Source: the human T2T-CHM13v2.0 reference genome, Homo sapiens. From it: a DNA stretch of 64,000 nt. Position 1 is the first letter of the stretch; every line of letters starts with the position of its first letter. Where the stretch lies: the NCBI RefSeq assembly GCF_009914755.1, contig NC_060930.1; one strand, written 5' to 3'. The notes below the pieces were generated by a model. It was not told the origin of the DNA and made no database searches. It was given only the letters and a program-made list of their open reading frames with translations. Shown one piece after another: positions 41,110 to 54,597 of the stretch. Position numbers and translations under genes: made by a program.

Positions 41110-41712
41110 GCATCAATTTCCTATTGCTGCATAATAAATAATCACACATTTGATGGCCTAAAAACCATACCCATTTGTTATCTCACAGTTTTTGTGGGTC
41201 AGGAATCTGGGCATGTCATAACTGGGTTCTCTGCTCAGGGTCTCACAGGGCTGAAATCAAGGTGGATTGCATTCTCATCTGGAGGATGCAATGGAAATGC
41301 TAGGATCTGCTTCTAAGCTCCTGCAGGTTGTTGGCAGAATTCATGTCTTTATGACTGTAGAATTAATGGCAGCTTGCTTCTTCAAAGCCAGCAACAGAAA
41401 TAAGAGTCTTTACTGCTTCAGGTCTCGAACTTCAGGGAGGGCCTGGACCCTCTTTTAAAAAGCTCACTGATTTGGCCAGGCCCACTGAGGGTAAATGCTC
41501 TTTTGTTTAACTAAAAGTCACTTGATTAGGGATCTTAATTATACCTGAAAAAAGTCCCTTCGACTTTGCCATAAATATAATTACAGGAGTGGTATTTCCT
41601 TACTTTTGTTGTATCTTATGGTTAAAAGCAAGTTATGATTTCCACCCACATTCATGGCAAGGGGATTAAGAGCATGACTCATTAGGGGTCACCCTATGGT
41701 GTATCTGTCAGA
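41110..41712 (-). mobile_element. MLT1E-type LTR
   Basis: tttcctattgctgc...gggtcaggaatctgggca...ggttgttggcagaattca. Confidence 0.8.
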
Positions 41713-43324
41713 GGTGGGGAACAGATTCAACCATAATCAGAAGGGTTTTAATACAAAGAGTTTTAATACAAAGGCAGCACAAGTACATGACTAAACTCCT
41801 GAGTGAAGACCTTAGAAGTAATATTCTTTTGGGCAAGATTCCCCTTGTGTGAACAACATTCCAGACTCTCAATCAAAACACTACAGTCAAAATGAGAACA
41901 CAGAAATATAGAAGCATTGCTACCTTGGACAAATGAGGCAACGACAAAGATGATGTAAAAGGTGAATCAGAATCAAAATAAAGCCGCACCAGGATCCTAC
42001 AATTCTGCTACTAATTGGTTTGGTGAATTTGGCACCTCTAATCATCATTGGCAAACACTAATCATGCTGTAAAAGCTAATTAGGATTAAGGAGCATTATC
42101 CGGGAGGCCAAGGGGAAGTGTATGAGGTTTTAAAGGCCCTAATATATGTCTTTGAATTTGTTAGACTGATATTTTAGTATTTTCCAAAGCTCTCTTCCTG
42201 AAAACTGTTGAGAAAAAAAGCTGATAGGATTTTTAAATGAATATCCTACAGATGAGGGGGTATTGAAGGAATTTTCTAGGAATAAACTAGTCTAACTTGG
42301 AGGTGATAATTTCCTTCTGTAAAGATGGAGGAGGCCACTCTCAATGCCCATGAAGCAGAAACAATACTTGTAGAATTTATCAGAGGAGCTCATTCATCTA
42401 GATGATAAAGGTTACTATTTTGGGGAGAGGGGAACAACTTCAGTGGCTCTCTGTGCTCTGTACACAGTCTGCTCTCAAAACTGTTGATTGAAGATGAGGA
42501 TGAAGATAGTGAAGATGAAGAAAATGATAATCCTCAGAGAGTTCAAAACCCTACCTCTAAATAGCTGTCTTTGCTAATAATGCCTTGTTACTAACCAGGG
42601 CCATGTGACATGAGATACACGACTGGCCTCCAGCTGAGGAAGGTGAGAGAATAGAGAGGAGAGGGGACGCTGCCATGTCAGGGAGCTCTTGGGTGGAAGG
42701 CAGACAGCCTCAGAGACAGATTTCACCTAATGTAAATGTTTCCCAGAATGGTTGCTATTTTTGTTCTAAGTAGTTTGCTTATGCCAAAAGTGCATATTTC
42801 CCCAACAATCCTCAGGAAATAAGACACAGAAGTCTGTCTTTAATTTTCATGATATCCTGCAATTTAAATCAGTCTGGGTGCATCTGTGTGGTTTTTATTT
42901 TTTGGTATTGTTTAGATGTAATTAAGCAAATCAATACACAGGTACTTAATTATATATTAACAGGGCCATTTGTTAACAAACTTAGTTATAGGATGGAATT
43001 AAACTGTAGTAAAGATTTAAAAACCTGCAATAAATTCAATTAATATCAGGTCATTACTCAGAATCTGAATTTATAGATATATTACCATCTTGACAGGAAT
43101 TTATATTGATTGGATATTTTGAATATTAATAAAATATAAAATTTAGTATTAATAAGTGGGACTATGGTACAATTTTAAAAAGAAAAAAACAAAATTGTGG
43201 TTTTTCTAGTTCTTTTAGAGTTGAAGGGGTTAATATGTTTCTCTGAGTCTCACATATTTGTATTTGCCTCTATGCCTATCAAAATTTTATAAAAGCTACT
43301 CTAAGATTGGTTTTCTTAATTTTT

Positions 43325-43500
43325 GTTTTTCGTCCATTTATTCGTGTTTATTAAGGAAAACGGTAATGGAGCTAAAGGTAGGTGAGTCGGCTGTAATTAA
43401 GGAAGCTACGGTAATTAAATTATTGTACGGCCACCCCTCGAGCTGTCATTTGAAAGGATGAAAGCTTAATTTTTCCATCAACAAAGTCAATTTCATCCAA
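43325..43500. promoter_or_regulatory. Candidate conserved non-coding element or enhancer
   Basis: Seven CpGs in about 115 bp of AT-rich unique DNA, clustered TAAT cores, TGACAG (minus strand) and AACAAAG motifs. Confidence 0.4.
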
Positions 43501-46037
43501 GCTGTTGTTTAGAATGCCACATGCATTTAAAAATTACATGTTTAAACTAATCAGGAGCAAATGGAATTTAAACCCCTCTTCAAAATAACATGGATAGATT
43601 GTAAATTTATGGAGCATTTTCACTATAGAAAATTAAGTCCATTCAAAACATATCCAGGAGTCATCAGGCAAACAGGGCAGTACTGATGTAAACTACCCAC
43701 TGTGTGAGCTTAAGGCAGAAGGGTCTCTAATAAATTCGAGTAAATAGCAGCTGAACTGGCCTCACCATGGCTTATGTGTTCAACCTAGCAAGGAAAAAGT
43801 TAGCATTAATTGGTACACTCTAGGCTCTCTCAAAGGAACAGGCACTTAGAGCAATTAAGTCAGATGCAGAAAAACAGCTCTGCATTGAAAAGCTGACAGC
43901 AGGACTCCTGCACAATATACGTAATGAGTGGCTGAGGACTTTAATGGATCGAGGCTTGGAGACTAATGGACAATTAATGTAAAACAGATGACTTCCCTTG
44001 GAGATGACAGTCTTTTGAAAGGCGCTTCACCTGCTGCTCGAACAAATGCGGCTAAAGTGAAATGAAAACAGGAACGTGGTCTCATTGAACGAGGCTAGAG
44101 CTAGTATTTGTGTCCCTGCTTTCTCCTTGAATAGTTTCAAAAACTAGGTCAGGAATTTAACAATTCCCTGCAGCTGGTGGTGCAAGCCCCCTCTCGTGGC
44201 CTCCCGCCATCCAGGGTGGCCTGAGATCACTGACTGTGCCTCTTGAGCCTTTTGAGAAGCTGCCCTAGCTCGCCTTGTTTAACAGGCAAAAAGAAGACAG
44301 GACATATTATAGTGTTCCAGCCTCACTTTTAAAATGACAACAAACCACCCCAACATAGAAATTGCAGTAAATACATATTGGAACATCTATTGGAAATTTA
44401 AGAACATGGTTTCTTCTCAAATTAGGCTATTTTAATTTTAAATTAAGATAACTGGAGTCCTTCAAATTTAAGCTTTATAAGCACAGACAGGCTCCCTCCT
44501 TATGATAAGTGGTTGTGTACCGAAAGCAAATAATTGTTTGCAAAGAGAAACTCATTTCCTATAGAAACAATGCTGCGGTGGCATTTAATTTTCCACGTGA
44601 TCTTCCTGAAATCTGTTTAACCCAGATGGAAGCTTAACACAAGTCAGCCTGAGCCCTGGGTCCTGGAACAGGGAGGAGTCAGCTACTCCTGTGGGAGAGG
44701 GGAAAGAAGAGGGAGACAAAGATGTTTCCCCCTCTTAGTGGGAAATGGGATTGGACTGAGCTATAATTTTGAGTTACAAACTAATCCTTGGCAATTTTCT
44801 ATCTTCTAACATCCCTTTACTCAACACTCAAGAAATCAGTGCCTTATGTCATTTAAGTCGCTAGGCATTTCACCCCTGCCCCCAAGCCCCCAACTCCTCT
44901 CCTCACTACAGATGTACATATCTTAGCAATTCCCTATTTGTTCTCCTGTAATTTTTCTTCCATTTTCTCATAACAGTACATCTCATCTAGAAATTGAGGA
45001 AAGCAGCTTGTATGGGCTAATGAACACCTTTGGTTGATGGCCTGAGCACTCCCAGAAGCCTCTGCATATTAAAGAAAGAATTGCTTCTAAACTCACATGC
45101 ATGTCCCATTGACAGAATTTCTGTAAGAAAAAAAAAAATCAAGTCAAAATTTCAGGTATCTAATTCAAAAAAACCCACAAGTGCAGGAGAAACGTATTAG
45201 GATATTTGTTATAGCAATGAAAAGTAGAAACCACGTAGAAGTCAATGAGAAAATGCCTTAAGTGTGATATATTCATATGATGTCAGATTATGCAGGAGTT
45301 ATGTGGGTACATTAGAAAATTAGCAAACGTCACCCTTTTCTCTCAGCCTGATTAGGTTTCAGCCCCCATGTGCCTGCTCAGCAAGACATGGTTGAACAAG
45401 GGTGAGATTTGCACAGCTCAGTTTATAAGCTCTGCCCCTCCCTGCCAAGTGAACACAGAGCCACGGCAAGGGTAGAACTTGTATTAAGGCCACAAATATT
45501 AATATATGTAGATTGTATGTTTTAATCCAGAAATTCATGTAGTTGATGTGGCATCTACTAAAAGTTGGGTAGGCAGGAAATACCTATTTTCTTCAAATCA
45601 AATTCAATATGGCTGCCATCCCCTATGTCACTGAATTGCAAGAAATTCAATCTTCATTATTTGTTTCCTCCCCTCCTCCCTGGGTTTACCTAAAAATTGG
45701 GAGGATTATTTGGTGCCCAGAAAATGAGCAAGTCTCTCAGTGGGTCCAGAGTGCTCTGAATCTTCATTCCGAGGCTCTAACTGAGGCGGCTGGCTCTCCT
45801 GGTTCTGCACCAAGCTGCTTCCCTTCAAACAGCATTCTCACCTGAGTAGCAGCTTGACTGGGGGCAGTGCCAAGAAAGGGGCTTTGGGAATGTCCCTTCC
45901 TCCCATTTCAAAAGCTTCCATGTTCCCTGGACAAACTCATTGACCCATTCCCGCCCGTGCCAGCCCTCTCAGTGAGCTCAGGTTTCAGGCAAGGGAGGTA
46001 GGTTTCCAGGTGGCCAGGAGGAGCAGTTACCTTAATG

Positions 46038-46285
46038 CAGTGGTTCTCAGCACGTGGGTCCCGTAGTTACAGTTAGAAGGAGAAATACCTAATGTAGATG
46101 ACGGTTGATGGGTGCAGCAAACCACCATGGCATGTGTATACCTATGTAACAAACCTGCACGTTCTGCACATGTATCCCAGAACTTAAAGTTTATATATAT
46201 AGGCCAATTCTTGATTCTTGAACTCCATCCCAGACTTGCTGAATCAGAAACTGGGGGCACAGGCAGCATGCTGCATCTTAAGCCT
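46038..46285. mobile_element. MER5A split by an L1PA 3'-end fragment (about 46079-46195, plus strand)
   Basis: cagtggttctca...gttagaa, then ggagaaatacctaatgtagatgacgg...cccagaacttaaagt, then cccagacttgctgaatcagaaact. Confidence 0.85.
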
Positions 46286-47622
46286 TAAAGGAATCTTAAA
46301 GGTCAGGGCTTTCTGCTCTGACCTCACAACAAACCACCCAGAGGGCAACGGTTCTGGCTACCTCCTTTAAATAGAGAAGGGAAAAATAGAGAGGTAAAAG
46401 CAAAACAGTCCTCATTCTCTCAGATACCTCTATAGCAGCAAAAAAATAACAAATAAAAAAACCCCACATATATACCTTAATGATCTCTCCCCTCTGATAA
46501 GGCACTGTGTAAAGCAAAGTTGAGATTTATAAAGGATAAAGAAAACCTGAACTCATTTGATCCACACGCCACCAACAAATCCTCGCCCCTACCTTCCAGG
46601 TTTAAGAATTCAGGAGGCTTTATCCTAAAAAAGAAGCATGCTGAGAAATAAAGGTCAAGTATTTAGACTAGGCTGTTCCACATCTCCATGGAATGAAGAA
46701 ACGTGTGGACACCCCTGGAATTTCAATTGGTTCTCCTTTTACAAGGATTTTTATACTAATCAAGATGGAACCAGCACATAACTTCCTTATACTAAAGAAT
46801 TTCATATTAAGAAAATACAATATCCCCCCAATCTATTATATCAGATAAATGCTAATTTTTATCACATCATCTTATTTCAACTTTGTTATAAAGGCTTGAT
46901 TCATGCAAAAGTGGAGAGTCATCATTTTTGTTCTTAAACCCAATTAAATGTCACTTCCTGATTCATCCTCCTGCTGCTCCAGATACTTCTAACACATTTC
47001 AGACCTGAAATTTTTTAAGCTGCTTCTTCTTTTCCAAGTGATTTTAAGAACCTAGCATTAAAACATAATTACATGGCGGAAAAATACTTTTGAAGCTGCT
47101 CAGTGTGACTTTTTTTAATAGTGAGTTTTCTGACTTGCATGCCTCAGAGGATGATTTTCTGGGCTGTGTATAACTTGACAGCATCTCTGCGAGCCCATTA
47201 GTCACCTTACAAAATTGCATGAACTCTTTTTGGATCCCTGGGGTAGCTAAAACTTAGCAATAAATGAATGGATTATGCTTCATACAATCATATTTTTAAG
47301 CTATATATTAACAATCAAGACTGTTGAACAGTTTTTGGCTTTTGAGATTACAGTCACAGTTATTACTCTATAAGACTCTCTTTTTACAGATTCAAAAGAT
47401 TTTATAGACAAATGAAGACTGAATTGGCCTCCAAGTTTTACTTGAGGAAATCCAGGCTATAGATCAATTCAGACCTTGATGAAGGTCACACAGCGTGGTT
47501 TCAGTGCAGCAGGAATTGGACTCACAGTCCCCCACGCTTTCCTCTCACTGCCAATTGTCAGGTTTCAGCCAATTCTTAATTTTTCACTGGCCAGAAAGTC
47601 AGGCCATTACCTTCCATCACAT

Positions 47623-47641
47623 GATTGCCACCTAGTGGCGA
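47623..47641 (-). promoter_or_regulatory. CTCF site
   Basis: Minus strand tcgccactaggtggcaatc matches the CCACTAGGTGGCA core. Confidence 0.7.
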
Positions 47642-48039
47642 CAGTGGTCATTGATGCTTATGCAGTGACTGGACTCAAAGGCCAGAAAAGAAATAGAATA
47701 AAAATTAAATCATCTTTAAAATGTATTGAGAGTCTACTATTCTGTTAGGTGCTTTATTTATTTCATTTAATCCTCTAAACATTATAAACTAGGAATTTTT
47801 ATCCAAGAAGAAATGAAGCTGAGAGAGATGAAGAAACTTGCCCAAATTCAGGCTGCCTCTATCAGTGGGGCAGGAACTGGATCTTCTTCCCTGGACCTTA
47901 GTCCCTGTCCTGTAACTTTGACCTACATATGGTTGGACTCTCCTAGATCTTAGCAGTCCTTTCTGATCTGTGATATTCCTCAGGCTGCAGTGACTGGCTC
48001 AGAGAAAGCCAGTAAGACCCACTGACACTTTCACTAATA

Positions 48040-48341
48040 CAGTCCAGGAAGAGGCAGGTACTATTTTCCACTCACACAGATAATGGTAAAAACAGTGTGA
48101 GCCTGGAAGCTGTCTAAGCTCTGCAAAGCGGAGCTGGGAATCAAGTCACCATAGAGCAAGAAAAGCTGAGATAGAGAGAAACTGAACCTGGTGACATCCC
48201 TTGTGCCCCCAATTCCAGTTGTGTTTGAAGCCATGTGTACTGCTGGGTGTTTCAGTTATGAGCCAATAAATGCCTTTATAATAATAAATGTTAGTGTGAT
48301 ATGAGGTTTCTGAATTTGTACTAAAAAGTCCTGACTAATAC
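48040..48341 (+). mobile_element. Old MLT1 (J/K-like) LTR 3' part
   Basis: ttcagttatgagccaataaat...aaaagtcctgactaatac. Confidence 0.65.
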
Positions 48342-49312
48342 CAAGGATTGGTCCTTTTTCGGTTCCTTCTTTTTTCCTACTTTCAGCTGTCAACAAATCA
48401 ACATTTGCATTGTGCCTATGCTTACAAGGCATAGGTCTGTTTTCCAAAACCTGTTGTCCTATTCTTGGAGTTGTAATACTTAAGTGAAAACATTATTTCA
48501 AAATATTTAAATATAATTTTTAAATAATTAAAATTTGGTTCTATATAAAAAAATCAAATGCCTTGAAAAATATTTGATTTCTCATCCTAAGTATCATCTC
48601 CACTAGAGCAATCAGGAAGTTTACAGTCTAAAGCAATTATTCTTTCATTAAGGCAAGAATTCAATAGAGCTTTGGGGCTTGTGAGAGAGTCTAGCCATCT
48701 GTCCAGGATTCACGTCATTATGGTTGGAGGAGTGTGGTGGGCTTTGTCAAATGAGATGTATTCCCTTGAGAATATCATGCATTTATTCCAGGCAAGGTCA
48801 AGACGTATGAATATTTTGGGAAAGGTAGCCCTACAAATCAATATTTTTAAAGAAAATATTTGTTATATATTTTTGGATAATGGGAAAAAATAATTTCTTA
48901 AAATTATTTATTGCTTTCTTAATGTTCAGAATAAGAAATTTATTACATGCAATTTTCTAAACCAGACAACTTCTTGGGAAGTGAATTGTTTACTATTTCA
49001 GTGACAAAACCAATAACTTGATGCCAGAAAACAGTACCACGCTTACAGTTTGTTTTCCCAATGTTATTGCCTACCCACTTTTAGAGACTTTCCTAGTTGG
49101 CTTGAGGATTTGTTTGCTAGTGGCCTGGCTGATAGCCCTCCCAAGCAACATTCAAATACCTATCACAAAACTATTTACCAAAGATGTTTCGGCTCAGCAA
49201 AGGAAGTTTTTAGTTGTTTGCTTGTTACTATTTGAGGCTTCCGTGTCAATGAAAGGCATTTTGCAAGTAATGTATAAAACCATGAATAGACCCTGGCTAC
49301 TATTTTTACTAA

Positions 49313-49753
49313 TGTGATGGTTAATACTAAGTGTCAACTTGATTGGATTGAGGGATACAAAGTATTGCTCCTGGGTGTGTCTGTGAGGGTGCTGCCACAG
49401 GAGATTAATATTCCAGTCAGTGGGCTGGGAAAGGCAGACCCACCCTTAATCTGGGTGAGCACAATCTAATCAGCTGCCAGCTCAGCTAAAGTATAAGAAG
49501 ACAGAAAAATTTGAAGAGAGACTGGCCTAGCCTCGCAGCCTACATCTTTCTCTTGTGGTGGCTGCTTCCTGCCCTTGCACATCAGACTCCAAGTTCTTCA
49601 GTTTTAGAAATCGGACTGGCTATCCTTGCTCCTCAGCCTGCAGATGGCCTATGGTGGGACCTTGTGATCATGTGAGTTAACACTTAATAAACTCTCCTTT
49701 GTATATATCTCTATTCCATTAGTTCTGTCCCTCTAGAGACCCCTGACCAATAC
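49313..49753 (+). mobile_element. MLT2A (HERVL) solo LTR
   Basis: tgtgatggttaatactaagtgtcaacttgattggattgaggg...gttctgtccctctagaga.ccctgaccaataca. Confidence 0.92.
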
Positions 49754-50331
49754 AACAGATTTATCGCAGTGATGTTTTAAAACTATTTTAAAGATTATTG
49801 ACCAAGGCAGCTCTGTCTTGCTGGCTTCTCCCCTCCCTACAGTGCTCCAGATTTTCAAGTTGTTCTCTGAGAAGCCTCAGGAGGAACCAGAAGAAAGGTT
49901 CGAGTGAGGGTCTGTCTACCATTACAACTAACCGTTCCCTCCGTTCTTCCCATAAAACCAGAACAGCTTTGCTCTGAGCTCTTTTTCTGTGTATTAGACT
50001 CCTTAAAAGATTTTCTTTCACCAATTCGCAATTGTCTGTTTAAAAGCGACTACCTTCTCAGACTTATGCTAAGGCATTGTGATATTCTACTGAACAAAAA
50101 AAGGCACGCACGCTACATTTATGTTGTAGTGGAGGAAATAGTCAATATACAAATAAACAAGAATACACAAGATCATACTGATGGAAGTGAGTTGATAAAG
50201 AGGATAAAGTGATAGTGTGATAAACAGTGCTGAAGGGGGCATACAACATTAGAAAAGGTGATGAGAAAATGCCTTGCTGAGAAAGCAATATTTAAATAAT
50301 TTATTTGATCCATTAGAAGAGTTTAACCAAA

Positions 50332-50448
50332 GCCGGGACCATGGCTTATGCTTATAATTCCAGCACTTTGGAAGGCCAAGGCAGGAGAATTGCTTGAGGC
50401 CAGGGGTTCAAGGCCAGCCTGGGCAACATAGGGAGACCCTGTCTCTAC

Positions 50449-50486
<38 letters not shown>

Positions 50487-50628
50487 GGGCATGGTAGCAC
50501 ATGCCTGTGCTCTCAACTATTCAAAAGGCTGAGGTGGAAGGATCCCTTGAGCCCAGGAGTTTAAGGCTGTAATTGCACCACTGCACTCCAGCCAGGGTGA
50601 CAGAGTGAGACACCCGTCTCTTAAAAAA
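50332..50628 (+). mobile_element. AluJ with expanded central A tract
   Basis: AluJ arms; more than 30 uninterrupted A at about 50450-50483. Confidence 0.9.
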
Positions 50629-50795
50629 AGGGGGAGAGTGAAACAGGAGTAATATGACCCAACATTTTAAAAATCATTTTTGTGTACCTGGTAGAAGGAG
50701 TCACAAGGGAGTGAAAGCAGAATAGCCAGTAGGAGGCAATTGAGATCATCCTGGCAAGAAATCATGGCGGTTGGGATTAAGATACTAGCAGTGGG

Positions 50796-51096
50796 GGCCG
50801 GGCGCGGTGACTCTCGCCTGCAATCCCAGCACTTTGGGAGGCCGAGGCGGGTGGATCACGAGGTCAGGAGATCGAGGCCATCCTGGCTAACACGGTGAAA
50901 CCCCGTCTCTACTAAAAATACACACACACAAAAAAAAATGAGCCTGGCGCAGTGGCGGGCGCCTGTAGTCCCAGCTACTGGGGAGGCTGAGGCAGGAGAA
51001 TGGCGTGAACCTGGGAGGCGGAGCTTGCAGTGAGCAGAGATGGGGCCGCTGCCCTCCAGCCTGGGCGACACAGCGAGACTCTGTCTCAAAAAAAAA
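50796..51096 (+). mobile_element. AluY inserted in L2
   Basis: gatcacgaggtcaggagatcgag..catcctggctaacacgg, gaatggcgtgaacc; perfect 17-bp TSD aagatactagcagtggg. Confidence 0.95.
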
Positions 51097-51934
51097 AAGA
51101 TACTAGCAGTGGGGATACAGAGAAATGGATACTTCTGGGCGCATTTCACAGGATGACAGAACTTACTGAGGATTTGGAAACAATGCATGAAGTAAAGAAA
51201 GGAAACAAGGATAACTCCCAATTTTTCTGGTTTTGAGCAGTTGGATGAATGGTGATGCCTTTTACTAAGATAAGAAACACAGGGAAAGAAACAAGAGTGA
51301 GTGGAGACTGTAGAAATAAGGTTTTATTTGGATAGTTTTGGTTTTAAATACCTTATTTAAGCCAAGATGCACAGTAAGCAGTTTTATGTGGAGATGGGAA
51401 CACAAGAGAAGAGATCAGTCCGTTTAGATCTAGTTGAGAGTCCTAGATCCGAATCACTGGGGAGAAAGAAATCATGAAGACATGGACCCGAGGTTATGTT
51501 CCAGGCATTCAAACAATTAAAGTTTGAGCAGAGAAAGGGGAGGTAAGATCACACAAAAATCTAAGAAAATTGATGGATTCTGCTGAAAACAACTCCCACC
51601 TCCCAAAAGAGAAAATAAATCTGCAACAATTATCATGGATGTTACCAGCACCAAGCCTCAGGAGTACTCAAAATCTGTTTGGGCAGAAGCAGGAAATCTT
51701 GGCCAGTGATTCAAGAAGGATACCAGGAGACTTCAGTGAAGTCTGGTGCTTTTAAGGCTTCAAAGATTATAATAGCTAATTTAGGAAGAACAATCCCATC
51801 CCTTAAATGCTATACTCCAGAAAAAATCATGCCATGACCTTGGGTGCCACAGCTATGGCTCATAGTTTGTTTACATTCACATGGTCATCATTCTCAATGG
51901 ATGCCTCCACACTATGGTGGCTAGATCAGAAAGG

Positions 51935-52285
51935 CTGTCACCGAGCAATGGCCTCACTGGCCGACACATAGAAGCCAATAATATGGCACTGGCTTTTGGA
52001 AAAAGAAAAAAAAAGTTGTATTGCAAGTTGACTGGCAAGGAGACAAGAGCCAAAACCCAAATCTTTCTCCCGCTCTGGAGGTGGGGTAAGCTTTTATAGC
52101 GTCTCTAACTAGTCCCAGATGATTCCAGTATAGCTAATCTGCCATGCTGGTGGTGTTAACAACTAGAAGGTTAAAGCTGTCTCTCATTCCACATGCCAGG
52201 GCTACATGACTTTCAGTCTTGGCTCTGTGCCACCTGTAACAACTTAAACAATGGTTCATAGGTTTAAGCTGGTTCTGCAGTTACA
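51935..52285 (-). mobile_element. ERV1-class solo LTR (MER66/MER73-like)
   Basis: tgtcaccg...cagttaca termini; gactggcaaggagaca block; family uncertain. Confidence 0.55.
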
Positions 52286-52682
52286 AGGCCAGACTCAGCT
52301 ACTCTATTCAAAACTGACTCCTCTTCCATGTCAAACAAGGAGTTCCCTATTGAGCACAGATTAGTAGTTCAGAAAACCCTATGATGAATTCTTCAGGAGC
52401 CCCACTCAAATTTCCCGCCAGAGAAGCTCAATTGGAATCATTAGCCATCCATAAGATAAAGTTGAATAATATTCCACCACAATAAGGAAAGAATAAGGAC
52501 TTCTCCATCCTTTTATGCCCAGAAAATTCTTTGTGCCAAAGAAATTTGTAAATATGCACAAATTTTCTAATTACTAGATCTGCATCCCAAGAAGTACTAG
52601 AAAAGGCAGATTTAAAGGGTAAGACCGCAGAGGAGTTTACCGAACCCTTTCCGTATGTCAGTGGGAACCTTCTTTCCTAATA

Positions 52683-53311
52683 CAGTCAATCCTCATTGTT
52701 CCCAGATTTCATATTTGTGAATTTTCTACTGGATAACATTTATTTGTAACCCCAAAATCAGTACTCCTGGACCTTTCTCAGTCATTCACAGATATGCCCA
52801 GAGCAGCAAACACGTGAGTCACATGTTTCAGCTGAGAACAAACAAGGCAGTACTGTGCCTTCTTGTCTCAGTTCTTATACTGAAAATAAGTGTCCTTTTT
52901 GCATCCTATTTGGTGTCACATTTTTTCATTTTTGTGCCTTTTCTTGGTGATTTTGCTGTTTATAATGCCCCTCAAACACAGTGATGAAGTTCTGTCTAGC
53001 ATTGCTAAGCACAAGAAGACTATGATGTAGCTTATGGAGAAAAAAATGTTGGATAAACTTCAGGCATGAGTCATAGAGTTATTGGCTATGAGTTCAATGT
53101 TACTGAATCAATATATATTAAATAAGTTGTCTTTAAACAGAAACACACATAAAAGAACAGCATGTATTGGTCACTTTGCAAAAATGTTTTGACCAGACTC
53201 TCAGGGATCTAATCCTGTATTTCTCCTAGAAGCAATGGTTCGGTATTTGGTAATTCAGTATTTGTGGTGACTTCAGAAAACATAGCTACCACAAGTAACA
53301 AGAATTAACTG
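52683..53311. mobile_element. MER44 (Tigger7-derived)
   Basis: cagtcaatcctcattgttc...aacaagaattaactg TIRs; atttatttgtaaccccaaaatca and gagttcaatgtta.tgaatcaa blocks. Confidence 0.85.
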
Positions 53312-53549
53312 TGTTTATATTATCAAAGGGACACCACTCCACTGAATTTCCCAAAGGAAGACACCTGTATCAAAGTGACAGAGGTCTCCATCCTAATGAA
53401 GGCAGAAATGTACCTGAGAACCTTCAAATGGCAGATTCTCTTCATTATGAAAAGACAAAAACAAAACATCAACAAACAGAAAAATCAACAAAACAAACAT
53501 TTAAAGCATTGCTTAACTAGTCTCACGCCTATCCTCCTCAGGAAATATA

Positions 53550-53680
53550 CGTGTGTGTGTGTGTGTATGTGTGTATTGTGTATACATATATAAACACACA
53601 CAATACATACACATAAGAAAAATATAATCTAATATACTATATATTATACTGTGAATAATATATAAAAGAGAAAAAATATA
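53550..53680. repeat. (TG)n / (TA)n / (CA)n low complexity
   Basis: Directly visible. Confidence 0.85.
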
Positions 53681-54309
53681 CTTTTATAAAAGAAAAAACT
53701 AAACACCAACTCCACAGTAAAATTAATAGTACTTGGAACAAATTCTGACGAATCATAAAAATATTAGTGTAGTATACTGAAACCAAGAAATCACAGAGAT
53801 ATAGAGATAGTTATTTTGATACTTAATGTATTAAGAATTAAAACTAAACATAACCCAGATATTAATATATCACTATACTCCTAACCCACATAATTATGTA
53901 AAACATTTTCTTAGAATGAGGTATAAAATAGTTCATATTTTTTATTTATTCCCTGGAAGTATTAGTAGGAGATTATTAAATAATGGTACAAACACATGCT
54001 CAATTGTTATATAACTATTCATAATCATATTTTAGATGAATATTTAATAAGGGAAGATGTTGACTCTACAACGAATCTATAAAATCATATGCACAGTATG
54101 ATCACAATTTTTAAAAAGTTATGTATAAATGTCGCAAATATCATAAGGCAAGCCTACAATATTTGAAGATGCAGACCTCGGCTATGACATTAAAGGTAAT
54201 TTTTGCTTTGTACTGTTCTGAATTTTCTACATTTCTACAACTGTTATTACACTATATAATAAAAAACTATCATTAATTATGATTGCTATAATTTAACAGT
54301 TTCGGGGGT

Positions 54310-54597
54310 TTTTTGAGAGATGGTCTTACTCTGTCACCCAGGCTGGAGTGCAGTGGCATGGTCATGACTCACTGCAGCCTCGACCTTCCCGGGTTCAGGT
54401 GATCTTCCCACCTCACCCTCCTGAGTAGCTGGGACTACAGGTGCGCACCACCATGCCTGGATAATTTTTGTATTTTTTGCGAAGATAGAGTCTCACTATG
54501 TTTCCCAGGCTGACCTCAAACTCCTGGGCCCAGTGATCTGCTCAGCATGGCCTCCCAAAGTACTGGGATTACAGGCGTGAGTCCCTGTACCCAACCA
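54310..54597 (-). mobile_element. AluJ
   Basis: actcactgcagcctcgacc and aactcctggg AluJ features. Confidence 0.9.

Noticed and set aside
42490-42532. Acidic EDEDEDSEDEEND-encoding stretch
   Set aside because: Short (GAT/GAA)n low complexity with a nearby stop and no splice sites
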